Below are positions 46,950 through 51,428 of a stretch of DNA of 51,428 nucleotides, piece after piece. The stretch lies in contig NW_027368227.1 in the NCBI RefSeq assembly GCF_046119375.1, forward strand, positions 1-51,428, in the 5' to 3' direction. Under the pieces are notes generated by a model. It was not told the origin of the DNA. It saw only the letters and a list, made by a program, of their open reading frames with translations, and did not search any database. This stretch comes from Phyllobates terribilis. Taxonomy: Eukaryota. The first letter of the stretch is position 1. Every line of letters begins with the position of its first letter. The translations under genes were made by a program, and so were the position numbers.

Positions 46950-48069
46950 TAGATTAGATTAGATGATGATGATTAATAGTAATAAAGGATGAGAATTTTT
47001 ATTTGACTATTTATCTTACCTAACTAATTGTCTTTATTTGAAAGTTTTTAGTTTTCTAACATTTATTTCAAGAATACTCAAATGGAAAATTGGAAAATTT
47101 AAATAAAACGAAGTTGAGTTTGAAGAACGGGTTGAATTCAAAAGGATGGAAGAATTGTAATGGCAATTTAGAATGCAAAAGGTGAGGTGTAATGGCAATT
47201 TAGAACATTAGAATATGCAAAGCTCTAGCCATTGATGAGGGAAAATACCAAAAGCCATATATGTTAGTTAATTTAAAAGTCGTGGACATTAAGTGAGTTT
47301 AGGGTGAGGATAAAATGGAAAGTAGTTATAAATATCAATTGATAGGTGAAAACAAGTTACATTATTATTTCAGAAGTAATAGCTCCATAGTAATAGAGAA
47401 CGACAAGAAGTAACTTATTCCTACTATAGTTTTTTTTTGTTCATATGAAATTTTCAATCATGGTGTTAGTTATGTAAACTAATTAGAGATATCTGAGTAA
47501 TCTTTCTTGAAGTATGGATAACTTTTTAGATGTGTGATTCAATCAGTAGTGTTTTGGTTCAAGATTGAAATTTCATAGAGATAATAGAGGGATTTTGAGG
47601 TACTAGAAGATTAACTTCTCAAAGCTTTAGTCCATGACTGACAGTGTAAGGAGAAAGAACAACCAGAATTCAGGGAGAACAATCAGTTTATCAATTATAT
47701 CAGGAAAATTTGACATGAGCAATGAAAAATCAATACAAATCAAGTATACCAATGTAATGAAACTGAAAAATGTAAATTATATCCGGAAAGGTTCACATTG
47801 ATGTTGAGAAAGAAAGTAAATTAGACTTTGTAGACCCTTATCAACAATAACATTTTACTTCTTTTCACAAATTACATAATTTGGTGGCCTTATTGAAGTC
47901 CTTTCACATGAATTTCAGATTCAATACAACAAATATGATATCAGAGGCTAAACTATATGATTTAATAAACCTAAACTATAATTGTCACACAATCTAAATG
48001 GCATCAGGTTAAGATGGATTAATTATTAATCACAAAAGCACTTTATGAACCCTAAAATCGAGGCAATAC

Positions 48070-48238
48070 TTGTTCATCGGACATAATGAAATCCATGCTA
48101 CAATATTTTCCTTGTGCGTTCATCACATCCCATTTTCTACACACCATCACCTTGATTCGTGGCTTGGTGACCACACGCAGTGCGTCGACCCACATACATA
48201 TCTTGGCCAAGTGGAGCCTTTCCTTTGTCCATTGACAT
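48070..48238 (-). pseudogene. First exon of a Helitron-type RPA70-like OB-fold gene (DUF223-like), one frameshift
   Basis: MSMDKGKAPLGQDMYV[fs]DALRVVTKPRIKVMVCRKWDVMNAQGKYCSMDFIMSDEQ|GT matches the IKVRVxRKW...SMDxILxDE|G pattern of plant RPA70-like proteins. Confidence 0.7.
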
Positions 48239-48640
48239 CGTTTGGGGGATGAAAAGCAAGAGAAGAAGATATGTTATGGTTGGAATACTGGACAGATTTT
48301 GGGAAAGGAAATAGAAATAACGACTGAACATTATAATGTGTACTTATTGAGCAAAAATCTCAGGTCAAATGCGTTACAGTTGAATAGAGGGAGTTAAAAA
48401 GGCATTAATGGGTGTGGTGAGGGAGAAGACGAAGCGGTCTTACCATTGAAGACGTTGCAGGATCCGTGTTTATTTTTTCGACGTATCTTACAAGATTCAA
48501 TGTAATTTCGTATGGTCATGAGGGGCATAAAAGATAATGTTAGAAGATATTAGTCTTATTGTAAGGGGTAGATTAGGAATTTTGAAGTTGAATTGGAGGT
48601 AATAAAATGACCCCCAACTCAACTTTTATAGTATATTAGA

Positions 48641-49886
48641 TGTATATAATTACCTAAATATCTAATCCATTATTACAAGAAACATGTCTTCAATCTGAAA
48701 CAAATCCAAAAGACACAAATTTGATAACTATGTTAAATTGAAAAGGGGATAATTAAGCTCAAGAACTTCAAATTAGTACGAATAACACAAAATAAAGATA
48801 TGAATAATGACAAAAGAAGAAGAAAATCAAATAACATTTAATATAAAATAAAATAAATTAACACACCAAAGTGCATAACGACATTTCATTCTAGAAAAGA
48901 AAAAGGTGCTTTTCTGTTTTTCCTTTTAAAATTATAAAGAACACACTTTTTAATTAACCTAAACAACACCGTATCCGGATTTTATTGTTTAAGAAAATCA
49001 ATTTTGAAGAGGGAGTCATCATCATCTTCTATAATTGGATCTGGATTATATTTCATGGCAGCCCGCGCGATGGTGGCTTGGTCTCCTAATGCCCAAACCC
49101 TCCTCGAAGATATGGAGCCCCTTCCACACCTCCCTTTTTCTATTCTCATACATTCGCCTCTTATTTACAAATATTTGTCATAACTATCTCCGGTTTAGAA
49201 GGGAGTTTCCTCTGCAAGGATACCATAAAAATCAAGGATTATAACTGAAGCAAGAAGCAGAAGTATATAAATTTACTTGAAGAATCATAGATCGGAGACC
49301 GAATTGAAACCCATGTTTCAGCAACAGAGCAATGTGTCGTTATTTGGACCCGATTTAAAGAAATTAAACCACATAGGATTAGACGACGAGAATGTGAATT
49401 TGGGATGGAGCACTCACGAATCAAATGGCAGAGATGAGCGAGATCTGGACAGATAGTTTATTATCCCATCAATGGTACTGGTTTGGGAGTGGTGGAGAGG
49501 AGGGTGGATCTTTCTACCAGTGAAGACCATTGGATTATGATGCTTGCTATGGAACTCAATGTGATCTATCCCGACAAATACCACAAATATATCCTCAACA
49601 TCTTGTAACTGATATCAAAAGGAATGGAAATGAAGAGTTTGACGTAACCTCCACCCATGAATGCAAAGAGGGGTTTGGACTAAATGATGAATTAAAATAT
49701 GGTATAAATGGTAATTTTAATGGTGCCATCAATCTTAGAAAATTAAAGGTAATATGGGATTAAAATAAGGGGCATAAACGGTAATGTTAGAATGTATCAT
49801 TCTTATTATAAGGGGTAGATTGGGAATTTAAAAGTTGAATTGGAGGTAGTAAATGGACCCCAACTCAACTTTTATATTATATTAGA
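48641..49886 (-). mobile_element. Second, upstream Helitron 5' segment of the same family
   Basis: TCTAATATAATATAAAAGTTGAGTTGGGGTCC... starts at 49886. The first ~120 bp resemble the 48640 and 12924 ends, but the interior is different. Confidence 0.7.
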
Positions 49887-50039
49887 CACTACCTGTTTAC
49901 TGAAAAGTGCACTAGCATGCATATGAGAAGTGCACTACCAATATACTGAGAAGTGCACTAGCATTCACATGAGAAGTGCACTACCTGTTTATTGAGAAGT
50001 GCACTAGCATTCATATGAGAAGTGCATTACCTACACTAG
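49887..50039 (+). repeat. 23-bp tandem repeat with alternating A/B monomers (46-bp higher-order unit)
   Basis: GAGAAGTGCACT followed alternately by AGCAT(T/G)CA(C/T)AT and ACC(TGTT/AATA)TA(C/T)T; 6 full monomers plus 1 partial. Confidence 0.9.
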
Positions 50040-50689
50040 TAGTCTACTAAGGATGCACCCTTTTCTATATTTTTATTATTATATTTACTACATTTTTGAA
50101 TTATTAATATTTTCTTCCTTTTATGTAGGATGGTACCTTTAACATTAGAAGATGGTTTGGCATTACTTAATGTTTGTGTTGCATATCAAGAGAGTTATGG
50201 AAAGTATAATAAGAATAATTGGGATATTCTTACCATAACTTCAACAACCGGTTTGAGAAAAAATTTAGTAAACTTTTTCTAAGGAGTCATTACAATCGTA
50301 AGAAAGAAGATTTCAACACCTCACAATTTCTTGTGAGTGAGTAACTTTAAATCCCAAAATAGGGGAAATCAATGAAAGTGACGAATGGTGGGACTCAATG
50401 GTTCTTGTGAGTATTTTATCAACGATTAAATTACTGGTGAAGAAAATTTATTTTTATATTTTCTATTGTGCTAACAAAATTTTGTCTTTAAATAACAATT
50501 TTGACAAGAGGTATGGAAGGTTTCGTTCAAGGCAACTGACACTTGAAGGGCAACGCTTGTGTGCACTACTGTGGGATGTTAGAAACTTTCACTATATCGG
50601 GTTTACAATACTTTACCATATATCGAAAAAAAACTAAGATGTAGTTTTTTACCAATGTCGTGTTTTTTCATATTTTATGTAATTTTATT

Positions 50690-50885
50690 TTGTGCACTTT
50701 CAAGAACTTAAATAGTGTACTCTCTATGCACTTTTGGGTTGTACTTTGTATTCCATTTTGATGTATTATATGAAAAGGTGTGAGTTGAATTTGTTTATTT
50801 CAATATGAAGTGCACTGCTACACATATAGTAGTGCGGCCCAAAAACACAAAGAAGTGCACTGCAATATGAGATGGTGTGCACTTC
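50690..50885. repeat. Dispersed (AA)GTGCAC motifs, probably subterminal repeats of a DNA transposon
   Basis: GTGCACTTT, ATGCACTTT, AAGTGCACTGC x2 and GTGTGCACTT. Confidence 0.45.
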
Positions 50886-51428
50886 AATTTTCAATATGAA
50901 GATCATAGTTTTGAAACACACGCATATTTTTGTGTTACATAGCTAGATGCACATCATACCAAATTCATTACAGTTCCCTCTGAAACCATAAAACACGAGT
51001 TAAACTAACTAAAACTACTAAATCGCGTTACAACTCATTTTCTCAAGCATCGGGCCACATCATATAACCAAACATAAATCTAGTCTAAATCATCATACTG
51101 GAGATCTCAGGTCATGTAATTATCGTCGTTTACTCTATAATAGTCATAGTAGTCCTCATACGAGCTCTCCATACTGCTCATATTATCACTACGATTTTCT
51201 TGTTTAACATCAACTGTCCCTCCCTTGACCACTTCCTCCTTGACAACTTCCTTGCCCACTTCCTTGCCCACTTCTTTCTTTGAGGCAACTGCCACCCACT
51301 TTTCTGTGCCAGAAGAATATTTGGACAATAAAATGAAACTATTTTGCATAAAACGACACATGTATAGAAAAAATATAGAAATAATTAGAAAATAAATACT
51401 AAGTTCTAAAATATCCGCACCTATGCAA

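Larger units (their letters stand above)
43959..48640 (-). mobile_element. Non-autonomous Helitron (~4.7 kb) with RPA70-like remnant
   Basis: 5' A|TCTAATATACTATAAAAGTTGAGTTGGGG at 48641|48640. 3' GCCCGTGC-TGA-GCACGGGC (43990-43972), 9-nt spacer, CTAG|T (43962-43958). Pairing of the two ends is inferred from orientation. Confidence 0.75.

Noticed and set aside
49887-49892. CACTAC as a possible CACTA terminus
   Set aside because: It is the internal part of a GAGAAGTGCACTACC monomer, and there is no partner TIR or subterminal repeat.
49887-50039. CRISPR-like look of a constant core with variable intervening sequence
   Set aside because: The 'spacers' are only 11 nt and alternate between two types, the context is eukaryotic, and there are no cas genes. 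It is a tandem repeat.
51107-51361. 84-aa minus-strand ORF with KEVG repeats and an acidic/Tyr tail
   Set aside because: Low complexity (12-bp tandem repeat) with no recognisable domain. It may be a terminal exon of something beyond the window edge, but I cannot support a call.

Overview
AT-rich, intron-containing plant (probably eudicot) nuclear DNA made almost entirely of nested, decayed transposable elements. I can support no intact host protein-coding gene. Left to right: (1) non-autonomous Helitron(s) with tandem 3' hairpin terminators and a ~155-bp repeat array; (2) a Mutator-like (MULE) remnant with a SWIM-transposase/OTU-protease gene on - and a divergent multi-exon Plant Mobile Domain (PMD, MAIN-like) gene on +; (3) a pol-less Sirevirus (Ty1/copia) with gag and an env-like ORF, interrupted by Helitron pieces; (4) a 5.2-kb Pack-CACTA carrying captured exons of TASH3 and of an AHL (PPC/DUF296) gene; (5) a MULE-type Ulp1-protease gene remnant, MITEs, an L1 RNase H fragment, a SINE and a GRF zinc-finger remnant; (6) a rearranged 1.56-kb CRM-like LTR element with a duplicated PBS; (7) a 9.6-kb non-autonomous Athila (gag-PR plus ORF2, no RT/RH/INT) whose 5' LTR abuts a 3-ketoacyl-CoA synthase (KCS) gene truncated just before its catalytic Cys; (8) a 4.7-5.9-kb Helitron with an RPA70-like exon and two 5' ends; (9) AAGTGCAC tandem repeats. 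All family assignments come from motifs recognised by eye. No alignments or database searches were run, and identities quoted are by-eye estimates.
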